DNA of 51,603 nt, from assembly GCA_044348345.1 (NCBI GenBank), contig JBIKSZ010000001.1, forward strand, positions 1 through 51,603, given 5' to 3'. The first letter of the stretch is position 1, and each line of letters starts with the position of its first letter. Shown in pieces: positions 8,805 through 18,185 of the stretch. Source of the stretch: Roseomonas sp. Lineage in GTDB: Bacteria > Pseudomonadota > Alphaproteobacteria > Acetobacterales > Acetobacteraceae. The translations under genes and the position numbers were made by a program. The notes beneath the pieces were generated by a model, which saw only the letters and a list, made by a program, of their open reading frames with translations, made no database searches and had not been told where the DNA came from.

Positions 8805-9986
8805 ATGCGTATCGTGAGCGTGAAGCAGGGCGTGGCGCCGATCAGCAGTGCGATCGCCAATGCCTATATCGATTTCTCCAAGATGACGGCCTCGATCGTC
8901 GCCGTCACGGTGGAGGCCGAGGGCGGCCGCCGGGCCACGGGCTATGGCTTCAATTCGAACGGCCGCTACGCGCAGCCGGGGCTGCTGGCGGAGCGTTTCG
9001 TCCCGCGCCTGCTAGAGGCGGACGAGGCCGCCGTGACCGACGCGCAGGGCCGGCTGGATCCGGCTGGCGCCTGGGCCGCGATGATGCGCAACGAGAAGCC
9101 GGGCGGCCATGGCGAGCGCAGCGTGGCCGTCGGCGTGCTCGACATGGCGCTGTGGGATGCGGCGGCGAAGCTCGAAGGCGTGCCGCTGTGGCGGCTGCTG
9201 GCCGACCGGTACAATGGCGGGCAGGCCGATGATGCGGCCTGGGTCTATGCCGCGGGCGGCTATTACTATCCGGGCAAGGACGTCGGCGCCCTGGTCGAGG
9301 AGATGAAGCGCTACCTCGGCATGGGGTATGCGACGGTGAAGATGAAGATCGGCGGCGCGCCGGGCTCGCCGCTGAAGGAAGCGCTCGCTGACGACCTTCG
9401 GCGCATCGAGGCTGTGCTTGCGCTGCTCGGCGGCGATGGCAGCCGGCTGGCGGTGGACGTCAATGGGCGCTTCGGCCTGCATGCGGCGCTGACCTATGCG
9501 GCGGCGCTGCAGCCCTTGAAGCTGCGCTGGTATGAGGAGCCGCTCGACCCGCTGGATTACTCCACCCATGCGACGCTCGCGGAGCATTACGGGCCGCCGA
9601 TCGCAACCGGCGAGAACCTGTTCTCGATGCTCGATGCGCGGAACCTGATCCGGCATGGCGGGCTCCGGCCCGATCGCGACATCCTGCAATTCGACCCCGC
9701 GCTGTCCTATGGGCTGGTCGAGTATCTGCGCACCCTCGCGATGCTGGCCGAGCACGGCTGGAGCCCGCGACGCTGCGTGCCGCATGGCGGGCATCAGTTC
9801 GCGCTGAACATCGCCGTCGGCCTCGGCCTGGGCGGCAATGAGAGCTATCCGGAGGTCTTCGCGCCCTTCGGCGGTTTTGCCGATGACGTCCCCGTGGTGG
9901 AGGGCCGGGTGCGCATGCCCGATGTGCCCGGCATCGGCTTCGAGGCGAAGAGCGCGCTCTACGCCGTGCTCAAGACCCTCGATTGA
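8805..9986 (+). CDS. tarD: Mandelate racemase subgroup enolase, D-tartrate dehydratase-like
   Basis: NAYIDFSKMT, GYGFNSNGRY, NEKPGGHGERSVAVG, KMKIGG, PHGGHQ and GGNESYP closely match the recalled Bradyrhizobium TarD; start at ATG 8805. Confidence 0.8.
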   Translation: MRIVSVKQGVAPISSAIANAYIDFSKMTASIVAVTVEAEGGRRATGYGFNSNGRYAQPGLLAERFVPRLLEADEAAVTDAQGRLDPAGAWAAMMRNEKPGGHGERSVAVGVLDMALWDAAAKLEGVPLWRLLADRYNGGQADDAAWVYAAGGYYYPGKDVGALVEEMKRYLGMGYATVKMKIGGAPGSPLKEALADDLRRIEAVLALLGGDGSRLAVDVNGRFGLHAALTYAAALQPLKLRWYEEPLDPLDYSTHATLAEHYGPPIATGENLFSMLDARNLIRHGGLRPDRDILQFDPALSYGLVEYLRTLAMLAEHGWSPRRCVPHGGHQFALNIAVGLGLGGNESYPEVFAPFGGFADDVPVVEGRVRMPDVPGIGFEAKSALYAVLKTLD

Positions 9987-11025
9987 GGCGGTCTTCAAGC
10001 CACGGTTGAAGGTTCGCGTCGGCGCCGGACGGCAGGGGCGCCGCCGGCGCGGCGATGAAGGCCAGGATGTCGCGCGCGACCGTCTCGCGGTTCCGGTCGG
10101 CCAGCAGCAGGTGGAAGCCCTGCGGATAGACCGCGACGCGCGGGCGCGTGTCTGGGGGTAGGCTGCGCAGCGCCTCGCGCGTGGCGCGCGCGGGCACGAC
10201 CATGTCCTGGGCGCCGACGAGCATGAGTGTTGGCAGCCGATTGCCATGCGCGTTGCCGCAGCAGCGCGGCAGCGCCGCGACGGCCGCGTCCATCAGATCC
10301 ACCAGGCCGACCGCTGCGTCCACGCGCGTGGTGCGGATTGTCAGCGGGTCGCGGCCGAGCCGTCGCAGCGCCTCGGTGTTGTCGCTGGCGACCACACCGC
10401 TCACCGTATTCTGGAAGCTCAGCACCGGGATGGTGCGCGCCGCGAGCCACAAGCCGCCGCGCATCAGCGCCGGCATCGCATCGCGCGACCACAGTGCGGG
10501 CGCGACGAGGACATAGCCATCCACGGGCGGTGGCTCCTCGCTGCTGGCGGCGAGGATCGCGACCGCCGCGCCCATGCTCTCCCCCAGCACGAACAGGGGA
10601 AGGTCGGGATGGCGCCGCCGCAGCAGCCGTGCGGCTTCGGCCGCGTCGCTCGCCAGCGTCTCCGCCCCGGCCCAGTAGCCACGGTTGGGCGCCCGGCCGA
10701 AGCCGCGCTGATCATAGGCGTAGACCAGCAGGCCGCTGCTGCCGAACAGCGGCAGGCTGTCCAGCAGGAAGTTGCCGGCGTGGTCGTTGAAGCCGTGCAG
10801 TGCCAGCAGCACGGCGCGGGGTTCGTGCTCGGGGGGGAAGCGGCGCAGGGGCAGCGCGGCGCCGTCGCGGGCGAGAATGGCGTCATCGCGCAGATTGGGC
10901 ATGCCGTTCGGCGGCCCGGCCGGCAGCACCACAGGCGTGCAGCCGCCGAGCAGCGCGGCCGTGACACACAGGCGCAGCGCCAGCCCGGCGGCCCATCCCG
11001 TCACCCGCTGCGGGCGGCTTGTCAT
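9970..11025 (-). CDS. Alpha/beta hydrolase (lysophospholipase-like), predicted lipoprotein
   Basis: Lipobox LLGGC, LHGFND, YDQRGFG, nucleophile elbow GESMG. Confidence 0.85.
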   Translation of the reverse strand: MTSRPQRVTGWAAGLALRLCVTAALLGGCTPVVLPAGPPNGMPNLRDDAILARDGAALPLRRFPPEHEPRAVLLALHGFNDHAGNFLLDSLPLFGSSGLLVYAYDQRGFGRAPNRGYWAGAETLASDAAEAARLLRRRHPDLPLFVLGESMGAAVAILAASSEEPPPVDGYVLVAPALWSRDAMPALMRGGLWLAARTIPVLSFQNTVSGVVASDNTEALRRLGRDPLTIRTTRVDAAVGLVDLMDAAVAALPRCCGNAHGNRLPTLMLVGAQDMVVPARATREALRSLPPDTRPRVAVYPQGFHLLLADRNRETVARDILAFIAAPAAPLPSGADANLQPWLEDRLNRGS

Positions 11026-12077
11026 GTCACGCGCGCTGGCGGCGGGCCGGCGCTGTCGCGCACCACCAGCAGCGGCTCCAGCATGATGTCGCGCGCGGGC
11101 TGCGGCGCCCCGCCCAACTCCGCCAGCAGGACGTCGGCCGCCTGGCGCCCCATTTCGGCGTGCTGGATCCGGACCGTCGTGAGCGGTGGGCTGATCCGAT
11201 CCACGAAGGGCATGTCGTTGAACCCCGTCACCGACATGTCCCGCCCGATCCCGCGCCCGGCGGCGGCGAGGGCTTCATAGACACCAAGGCAGAGCATGTC
11301 GTTGGCCGCGGCGATGGCGGTGACCGGCGGGCCGCGCAGCACCTCCTCCGCGGCGTGCCGGCCGGCGGCCTCGGTATAGGCGGAGGTGGCGATGATGGGG
11401 CCAGCCTCGATCCCGGCCTCCGCCGCGGCCAGCTCGAAGCCGCGGCGCCGATCCATCGCGGTGGAGACGCCAGGCGGTCCGGCGATATGCGCAATCCGCC
11501 GATGGCCGAGCGCCACGAGGTGCCGGACCGCGAGCATCATGCCGAGCACATCGTCATTCACGACCGCCGGCACGCCGGCGGCGGGCAGTCTGCGGTTGAT
11601 CAGCACCACCGGGATGCCCCAGCGGGCGCAGAGCTCGAGCGCCCGGCTGCCCTGCGCGGCGGAGGCCAGGATCAGCCCATCCACGAGATGCGCGGCCATG
11701 CGCTCGATCAGCAGGGCCTCACGCGAAGGGTCCGTGTCGGTGTTGGCGACGAGCGCCACATAGCCGGCCTCCGCGAAGCGGGCTTCGGCAGCGCGGACGA
11801 TCGGCGGAAAGACAGGGTTCACCAGGTCGGGCACGAGGATGCCGATGGTGCGCGACCGCCGCGTGCGCAGCCCCGCCGCCAGCGCCGAGGGGCGCCAGCC
11901 GAGCTGCTCCGCCGCGGCCATCACCCGCTCCGCCACGGCATCGGTCACCATGCCGCGCGTGGCCGGGTTCAAGGCGCGCGAGACGGTGGACGGGTGCACG
12001 CCCGCGGCGCGCGCCACATCGATGATGGTGGTGCGCGGCGACAGGCCCAGGTTCGGCTTGTCTGGTGGCGATGGCAT
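11022..12077 (-). CDS. LacI family transcriptional regulator
   Basis: HTH TIIDVARAAGVHPSTVSRALN, SVTGFND, PPLTTV; start set at ATG 12077. Confidence 0.93.
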   Translation of the reverse strand: MPSPPDKPNLGLSPRTTIIDVARAAGVHPSTVSRALNPATRGMVTDAVAERVMAAAEQLGWRPSALAAGLRTRRSRTIGILVPDLVNPVFPPIVRAAEARFAEAGYVALVANTDTDPSREALLIERMAAHLVDGLILASAAQGSRALELCARWGIPVVLINRRLPAAGVPAVVNDDVLGMMLAVRHLVALGHRRIAHIAGPPGVSTAMDRRRGFELAAAEAGIEAGPIIATSAYTEAAGRHAAEEVLRGPPVTAIAAANDMLCLGVYEALAAAGRGIGRDMSVTGFNDMPFVDRISPPLTTVRIQHAEMGRQAADVLLAELGGAPQPARDIMLEPLLVVRDSAGPPPARVT

Positions 12078-12137
12078 CAGGCGACCCAGTCTAGCCTCTG
12101 CTGGTGCGGCCAGGGGAATGCCCGTCTTGACGCAAAT

Positions 12138-12153
12138 GTGCAATCGGTTGCAC
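12138..12153. promoter_or_regulatory. LacI-family operator
   Basis: Palindrome GTGCAAtCGgTTGCAC with central CG, between the LacI gene and the divergent operon; flanked by CTTGAC -35-like boxes at 12126 and 12160. Confidence 0.75.
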
Positions 12154-12217
12154 TAACCGCTTGACCCATTCCGCCCGCCACGCCTAGCTCGGCGAAAGCT
12201 CAGGGAACGCCCAGCGC

Positions 12218-13243
12218 ATGTCTCTCTCCCCTGCCGCCGCAGGTTTCGCCGCTTCGGGCGGCGCGTTCCGCAGCCTCCGCTTCGCCAGCTTCGGGGGGCC
12301 GGAGGTGCTGCGCCTTGAAACTCTGCCGGCGGCGCCAACCCCACCGGGTGACGCGGTGGTCGCGGTCCGGGCGGCCTCCATCAACCCGTCGGACGTCAAG
12401 AACGTGGCGGGCCGCATGCGGCAAACCGTGCCGCCGCGCACGCCAGGGCGTGATTTCGCCGGCGTCGTCGTGGACGGGCCCGCGGAGTGGCTGGGCGCGC
12501 AGGTCTGGGGGACGGGTGGCGATATCGGCTTCCTGCGCGATGGCAGCCATGCCGAGCTGCTGCGGCTTCCGGTGAGCGCGCTGGCCCGCATGCCGGCTGG
12601 GCTCAGCTTTGTCGAAGCCGCGGCGGTTGGCGTGAACTATGTCACGGCCCTGATCGGCCTCGATTATGCGGCGCTTCGGCAGGGGGAGACGCTGGTTGTG
12701 ATCGGCGCGACCGGCGGTGTGGGCGGTGCGGCCTGCGGCATCGGCGCTGCCCGCGGTGCGCGCGTGATCGCCGCCTGCCGCGGCGCGCCGCCGGCCGATG
12801 CGCCGCTGCGCCATGCCGGGGCGGAGATCGTGGATATCGGCACGGCCGATCTCGCGGCCGCGATTGCGGAGCTGACGGGCGGCAAGGGTGCGGACGTCAT
12901 CTATGATTGCGTCGGCCGCCCCGACCTGACGGAAGCTGCGATCGCGAGCCTTGGCATGCGCGGTCGGCTGGTGGTCATCGCCGGGACGCCGGGCGAGCAG
13001 GTGAAGCTGGAACTGATCCCGTTCTATCGGCGCGAATGCCGGCTGATCGGCGTGGACAGCCTGAAGCGGAGTGCGGCCGAATGCGCACCGATGATGGAGG
13101 TGCTGCGGCCCGGTTTCGAGGCCGGCACCTATCCTGCGCCGGCGATCGCGGCCGCCTATGATCTGGCCCGCGGCGCCGAGGCTTATGCGGAGGTGGCGCG
13201 CGGCACGCGCGGGCGCATCGTGCTGACCATGGGCGAAGGCTGA
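12218..13243 (+). CDS. MDR family NADPH:quinone/enone oxidoreductase
   Basis: ASINPSD, PGRDFAG, GATGGVG, GKGADVIYD; catalytic-Zn GHE motif absent. Confidence 0.85.
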   Translation: MSLSPAAAGFAASGGAFRSLRFASFGGPEVLRLETLPAAPTPPGDAVVAVRAASINPSDVKNVAGRMRQTVPPRTPGRDFAGVVVDGPAEWLGAQVWGTGGDIGFLRDGSHAELLRLPVSALARMPAGLSFVEAAAVGVNYVTALIGLDYAALRQGETLVVIGATGGVGGAACGIGAARGARVIAACRGAPPADAPLRHAGAEIVDIGTADLAAAIAELTGGKGADVIYDCVGRPDLTEAAIASLGMRGRLVVIAGTPGEQVKLELIPFYRRECRLIGVDSLKRSAAECAPMMEVLRPGFEAGTYPAPAIAAAYDLARGAEAYAEVARGTRGRIVLTMGEG

Positions 13244-13256
13244 GGAGGGCGGTTCG

Positions 13257-14105
13257 ATGACGGATGGTCACATCACCTACACCAGCGAGAACCTGACCGC
13301 GGCGGTGCTGGAGCGCATCCGCCCCGATGCGGAGCCGCGCATCCGCACGGTCATGGAAGCGCTGATCCGCCACGTGCACGACTTCGTGCGAGAGGTGGAG
13401 CTGACGCCGGAGGAATGGGAACAGGGCGTCGCCTTCCTCAGTGAATTGGGCCGCTGGTGCGACGACAAGCGGCAGGAGGTCATCCTGCTGTCGGACATCC
13501 TCGGTGTGTCGATGCTGGTGGATGCCATTGCCCATCGCACGCATGCGAGCGTCAGCGAGACGACAGTGCTCGGCCCCTTCCACCGCGAGCACCCCCCGGT
13601 GATGGCCAATGGCCAGCAGATGTCGCCCGGCGTGCCCGGCGAGCCGCTCGAGGTCGAGGTGCGCATCTGCGACGAGCAGGGGCAGCCGCTGGACGGCGCG
13701 CAGGTGGATGTCTGGCACACCTCGCCAGAGGGCTATTACGACAGCCAGATCGGCGATGAGCACAATATGCGCGGCCGCTTCATGACCGGGGCGGATGGCG
13801 TCGTCGCCTTCCCGACCGTGATGCCCGCCAGCTACCCCGTGCCGCATGACGGGCCCGTGGGCCGCGTGCTGGCCGCGATGGGCCGCGGGCCGATGCGGCC
13901 GACGCATGTCCATTTCTGGATCAAGAAGCCAGGCTACCGCGACCTCATCACCCACATCTTCCGCGATGGCGACCCGTATCTGCATGAGGACGCCGTCTTC
14001 GGCGTGAAAGCGAGCCTCGTCACCGATTGGGACGCGCCGAAGAAGGATGGCAAGCCGGCGAAGCTTGCCTATGAATTCCGCATCCCGAAGCTGGACAACG
14101 CCTGA
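13257..14105 (+). CDS. Intradiol ring-cleavage dioxygenase, hydroxyquinol 1,2-dioxygenase type
   Basis: RQEVILLSDILGVSMLVD, TVLGPF; Fe(III) ligands in GYYDSQ, SYPVPHDGPVG and RPTHVHF. Confidence 0.85.
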   Translation: MTDGHITYTSENLTAAVLERIRPDAEPRIRTVMEALIRHVHDFVREVELTPEEWEQGVAFLSELGRWCDDKRQEVILLSDILGVSMLVDAIAHRTHASVSETTVLGPFHREHPPVMANGQQMSPGVPGEPLEVEVRICDEQGQPLDGAQVDVWHTSPEGYYDSQIGDEHNMRGRFMTGADGVVAFPTVMPASYPVPHDGPVGRVLAAMGRGPMRPTHVHFWIKKPGYRDLITHIFRDGDPYLHEDAVFGVKASLVTDWDAPKKDGKPAKLAYEFRIPKLDNA

Positions 14106-14416
14106 TGCCGCTCTTCCTGATCCATTGCACGCAGCGCCCGGATGGCCAGGCCATCCGCGACCAGCATTATGACGCGCACCGCGCCTACCTGCAGGCGAGC
14201 CCGGTGGACATCAAGCTGGCGGGCCCGATGGTGGATGATGCGGGCGACAAGCGCATCGGCTCCGTCTTCATCGTGGATGTGCCCGACCGGGCGGCGGCCG
14301 AGGCGTTTTCCGCTGGCGATCCCTTCTCCCGGCATGGCCTGTTCGAGCGGGTGATCATCACCCGCTTCCTCGATATCACCCGTGGGAAGCCCGCTTTCGG
14401 GCCTGCGAAGGACTGA
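14105..14416 (+). CDS. YciI family protein
   Basis: R-x5-H-x2-YL, AGP, IGSVFI and GDPF; start overlaps the dioxygenase stop (TGATG). Confidence 0.88.
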   Translation: MPLFLIHCTQRPDGQAIRDQHYDAHRAYLQASPVDIKLAGPMVDDAGDKRIGSVFIVDVPDRAAAEAFSAGDPFSRHGLFERVIITRFLDITRGKPAFGPAKD

Positions 14417-14419
14417 CAC

Positions 14420-15310
14420 ATGCGCCGCAAATACATGCTGACCTGCGCGGTCACCGGCAACATCACCACGCCCGAGCAGACGCCCTATCTGCCGATCACG
14501 CCGGAGCAGATCGCCAATGCCGCGATCGACGCGGCGAAGGCCGGCGCCGCGGTCGCGCATATCCATGTCCGCGACCCTGAGACCGGGCGGCCGAGCATGT
14601 CGCTCGATCTCTACAAGGAGGTCGTGGACCGCATCCGCAGCAGCGGCACCGATGTGGTGATCAACCTAACCACCGGCCCCGGCGGCCGCTTCGTCCCGGA
14701 CCGTGAGAACCCGCGCAACGCCGCCGCCGGCAGCACGCTGCTGCCGCCCGACAAGCGCGTGGAGCATATCGTCGCGCTGAAGCCGGAGATCGCGACCCTC
14801 GACCTGAACACCATGTGGTCGGGCAGCGCGGTGGTGATCAACGCGCCCTGGTCCGTCACCCGCATGGCGGAGCAGATCTATGCCGCCGGCACGATCCCCG
14901 AGCTTGAGGTGTTCGACAGCGGCGATATCGGCCTGGCGAAGCAATTGATCGCCGAGGGCGTGCTGAAGGGTCCCTGCCTGTTCCAGGTCTGCATGGGCAT
15001 CCGCTGGGGCTTCGACTGGAATCCGGAGACGCTGAACTACGCGAAATCCATCATCCCCGCGGGCAGCCCCTGGGCCGCCTTCGCGATTGGGCGGATGGAG
15101 TTCCCGATGCTCGCCCAGGCTTGGCTGCTTGGCGGCCATGTGCGCGTGGGTCTTGAGGACAACATCTACCTCAACAAGGGCGAGCTCGCGACGAGCAACA
15201 CGGTGCTGGTGGAACGCGCGGTGCGCATCCTGCGCGAATTCGGCGCCGAGCCGATGACGGCGGCGGAAGCCCGCGCCGAGCTGTCGCAGGTCGGCGGGTG
15301 GTCGCGGTGA
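14420..15310 (+). CDS. Beta-keto acid cleavage enzyme (BKACE/DUF849, Kce family)
   Basis: TCAVTG, PYLPITPEQIA, Zn ligands HIHVRD and RVGLEDN, PELEVFD. Confidence 0.9.
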   Translation: MRRKYMLTCAVTGNITTPEQTPYLPITPEQIANAAIDAAKAGAAVAHIHVRDPETGRPSMSLDLYKEVVDRIRSSGTDVVINLTTGPGGRFVPDRENPRNAAAGSTLLPPDKRVEHIVALKPEIATLDLNTMWSGSAVVINAPWSVTRMAEQIYAAGTIPELEVFDSGDIGLAKQLIAEGVLKGPCLFQVCMGIRWGFDWNPETLNYAKSIIPAGSPWAAFAIGRMEFPMLAQAWLLGGHVRVGLEDNIYLNKGELATSNTVLVERAVRILREFGAEPMTAAEARAELSQVGGWSR

Positions 15311-16050
15311 GCCGGGGCGTCCTCGTCGTCACCGGCGCCGGGCGCGGCATCGGCGCTGCCATCGCCAAGGCCGCCGCGGCGGATGGCTGGACCGTCGCGG
15401 TGAATTATGCGCGCGACGCGGCCTCGGCGAATGCGACCGTGGCTGCGATCGAGGCGGCCGGCGGTAAGGCCTCGGCGATCCAGGCCGATGTGCAGACCGA
15501 GGCCGGAATCGAAGCGCTGTTCCGCGCGGCGGATGCGCTGGGGCCGCTCAAGGGCCTGGTGAACAATGCCGGCGGCAGCGCGGAGGCGCGGATCGCGGAT
15601 ATCACCGCGGCCGATTACGACCGCATGATGGATGGCAATCTGCGCACCACGGTTTTCTGCTCGCGGGAGGCGGTGCGCCGCATGGCGACGGACCAGGGCG
15701 GCGCGGGGGGCGTGATCGTCAATATCGGCAGCCGCGCCAGCGTTCTCGGCGGCCAGCCGGGGCGCGTGATGTATGCGGCTGCCAAGGGCGCGGTGGATGG
15801 CTTCACCGCCGGGCTCGCGAACGAGGTTGGCAAGCTTGGCATTCGCGTCGCCTGCATCCGCCCGGGCGTGATCCGCACCGAAAGCCATGAGGCGCGCGCC
15901 GGTGCGGAGCGCCTGAAGCAGATCACCGCGCCGATCGCGCTCGGCCGCCCCGGTGAGCCGGAGGAGGTGGCGGCGCTGGCGGTGTTCCTGCTCTCGCCAG
16001 GTGCCTCCTACATGACCGGCGCGCTGGTGGATCTGGGCGGCGGCCGCTAA
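15307..16050 (+). CDS. Classical SDR oxidoreductase
   Basis: TGAGRGIG, NNAG, YAAAK; GTG start overlaps the BKACE stop (GTGA). Confidence 0.9.
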   Translation: MSRGVLVVTGAGRGIGAAIAKAAAADGWTVAVNYARDAASANATVAAIEAAGGKASAIQADVQTEAGIEALFRAADALGPLKGLVNNAGGSAEARIADITAADYDRMMDGNLRTTVFCSREAVRRMATDQGGAGGVIVNIGSRASVLGGQPGRVMYAAAKGAVDGFTAGLANEVGKLGIRVACIRPGVIRTESHEARAGAERLKQITAPIALGRPGEPEEVAALAVFLLSPGASYMTGALVDLGGGR

Positions 16051-16088
16051 GCAGCTAAGATCAAGCAAGGACAGGGAGAACGGACGGA

Positions 16089-17075
16089 ATGAACACCAGG
16101 ATCTCGCGTCGCGCCGCGCTTGGCGCCGGCGCTGCGCTGCTGGCGGCCCCGATGGCGCGTGCGCAGGGCAATTGGCCCGACCAGACGATCACCATGGTGA
16201 TCCCCTTCGCGCCCGGCGGGCCGACGGATGCCGTCGGGCGGATGCTGGCCGAGGTGATGGGGCGTGACCTTGGCGTGAACATGATCGTGCAGAATGTCGG
16301 TGGCGCTGGGGGCACGCTCGGTGCGAACCGCGTTGCGCAAGCGCGGCCGGACGGCAACACCATCCTGCTGCACAATATCGGCATGGCGACGGCGGCGATT
16401 CTCTATCGCCGGCTGCCCTTCAACCCCATCGAGTCCTTCGAGCATATCGGCCTGGTCACTGCGACGCCGATGGTGTGGATGGCGCGGCCCGATTTCCCCG
16501 GCGAGACCTTCGCCGACATGCTGCGCTTCCTGCGTGAACGGCGGGACCGCGTGAACCTAGCGAATGCGGGCCTCGGATCCGCCAGCCAGCTCTGCGGCAC
16601 GCTGCTGCAGGCGAGCCTCGGCGTCGGCGCGACGGCCGTCTCCTTCACGGGGTCCGGTCCGATCTATCCCGAGCTGATCGCCGGGCGCCTCGACATCTAC
16701 TGCGACCAGACCACCAGCGCGCTGCCCTTCATCCAGGCGCGGTCGGTCAAGGCGATGGCGGTCACGACGGCGCAGCCGCTGGCACAGGTGCCGGGTGTGC
16801 CCACCGCTGGCCAGGCCGGCCTGGCGGGCTTCGAGATCTCGATCTGGCACGGCGTCTATGCGCCGCGCGGCACGCCCGCGCCGGTGGTGGCGCGGCTGAA
16901 CCAGTCGCTGCGGACCGCGCTGCGCGATCCGCGCGTCGTCAACCGCCTGAACGAGCTGGCGAGCCCGCCCGAGCCCGAGGATCGCCAGACCCCGGCGGCG
17001 CACCGCGCGCATCTGATCGCGGATATCGAGCGCTGGCGCCCGATCCTGCAGGCCGCGGGGCAGTTCGCGGATTGA
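16089..17075 (+). CDS. Tripartite tricarboxylate transporter substrate-binding protein (Bug/TctC)
   Basis: Tat-like leader ISRRAAL, IPFAPGGPTD, NVGGAGGTLG, WHGVYAPRGTP. Confidence 0.92.
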   Translation: MNTRISRRAALGAGAALLAAPMARAQGNWPDQTITMVIPFAPGGPTDAVGRMLAEVMGRDLGVNMIVQNVGGAGGTLGANRVAQARPDGNTILLHNIGMATAAILYRRLPFNPIESFEHIGLVTATPMVWMARPDFPGETFADMLRFLRERRDRVNLANAGLGSASQLCGTLLQASLGVGATAVSFTGSGPIYPELIAGRLDIYCDQTTSALPFIQARSVKAMAVTTAQPLAQVPGVPTAGQAGLAGFEISIWHGVYAPRGTPAPVVARLNQSLRTALRDPRVVNRLNELASPPEPEDRQTPAAHRAHLIADIERWRPILQAAGQFAD

Positions 17076-17081
17076 TACTCG

Positions 17082-17147
17082 GCGCGCGAAGGCGATGCCT
17101 TCGCGCGCTTGTTGCTGATCACGCCGGGGGCATGCCTCCGGCGTGAT
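17082..17147. terminator. Two back-to-back hairpins between convergent bug and hemC
   Basis: GCGCGCGAAGGC-gat-GCCTTCGCGCGC (17082-17108) and ATCACGCCGG-N10-CCGGCGTGAT (17118-17147), each followed by T-rich bases on the plus strand. Confidence 0.7.
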
Positions 17148-17153
17148 GCGTTT

Positions 17154-18185
17154 TCAGGCCAGCACGTCGGCGGGCGCGTCGCGGCGCAGGCTTTCGCCGA
17201 GCTCGCGCCCGAGCCGCGCCGCATCCGCCGGCGCACCGACCAGACGGCGCTTCAGCAGGAAGGAGCCGTCGGCGCGGGCGATCAGCCCGGTCAGCTCCAC
17301 ATCGCCATCGGGCCGGAGCGTCGCATGCCCGCCGATGGGCGTGCGGCAGGACCCGTCCAGCTCCGCCAGTAGTGCACGCTCCGCGCGGCTGGCGATGGCG
17401 GACTGCGCATCCTCGATCAGGGACAGCAATTCGCGCAGTTCCACATCATCGGCGCGCACCGTGACGCCGACGATGCCCTGGCAGGCCGCGGGCACCATCA
17501 CCTCGGGGTCGAGGACCATGCCGGCTTCATGCGCGAGTTCCAGCCGGCGCAGCCCCGCCAGCGCCAGCAGCGAGGCCTGCGGGCCATCGACGGCACGCAC
17601 CTTGGCCAGGCGCGAGCCGACATTGCCGCGGATCATCTCCACCCGCAGGTCGGGGCGGGCATGCAGCAGCTGGCTCTGCCGCCGGACCGAGGCGGTGCCG
17701 ACCAGGGCGCCGCGCGGCAGGCAGGCATAGGGGTCGTCCGCACGCGCCGCGCTGCAATCCGGGCCGAGCACGATCGCGTCGCGCGCATCTTCCCGCTGTA
17801 AGGTGCAGGCGAGCACGATGCCCGGCGGTAACTCGGTCTCGAGGTCCTTCAGGCTGTGGACGGCGAAATCCACCCGGCCATCGGAGAGGGCTTCGTGGAT
17901 CTCCTTGGCGAAGAGACCCTTGCCGCCGATATCCGCCAGCCGCTTGTCGAGGATGCGGTCGCCGGAGGTGGCGATCACATGCTCCTCGAAGGCGTCCACC
18001 TCGCGCAGAAGCGGGCAGACGCGGGAGATGAGCGAGAGGAAATGGCGCGTCTGCCAGATGGCGAGTGGCGAGCCGCGCGTGCCGACCTTCAGCGGCAGCG
18101 CGCGCGTGGTGCCGCGGCGGTGCGCCGTGGCCGCATCCGTCGGCCGCAAGGCGTTCAGCGGCGCATCAAGCGAGGACAGGTTCAT
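17154..18185 (-). CDS. hemC: Hydroxymethylbilane synthase (porphobilinogen deaminase)
   Basis: GTRGSPLA, GGKGLFAKEI, AVHSLKD, GTASVRR, RGNV, cofactor Cys in LDGSCRTPIG. Confidence 0.95.
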   Translation of the reverse strand: MNLSSLDAPLNALRPTDAATAHRRGTTRALPLKVGTRGSPLAIWQTRHFLSLISRVCPLLREVDAFEEHVIATSGDRILDKRLADIGGKGLFAKEIHEALSDGRVDFAVHSLKDLETELPPGIVLACTLQREDARDAIVLGPDCSAARADDPYACLPRGALVGTASVRRQSQLLHARPDLRVEMIRGNVGSRLAKVRAVDGPQASLLALAGLRRLELAHEAGMVLDPEVMVPAACQGIVGVTVRADDVELRELLSLIEDAQSAIASRAERALLAELDGSCRTPIGGHATLRPDGDVELTGLIARADGSFLLKRRLVGAPADAARLGRELGESLRRDAPADVLA

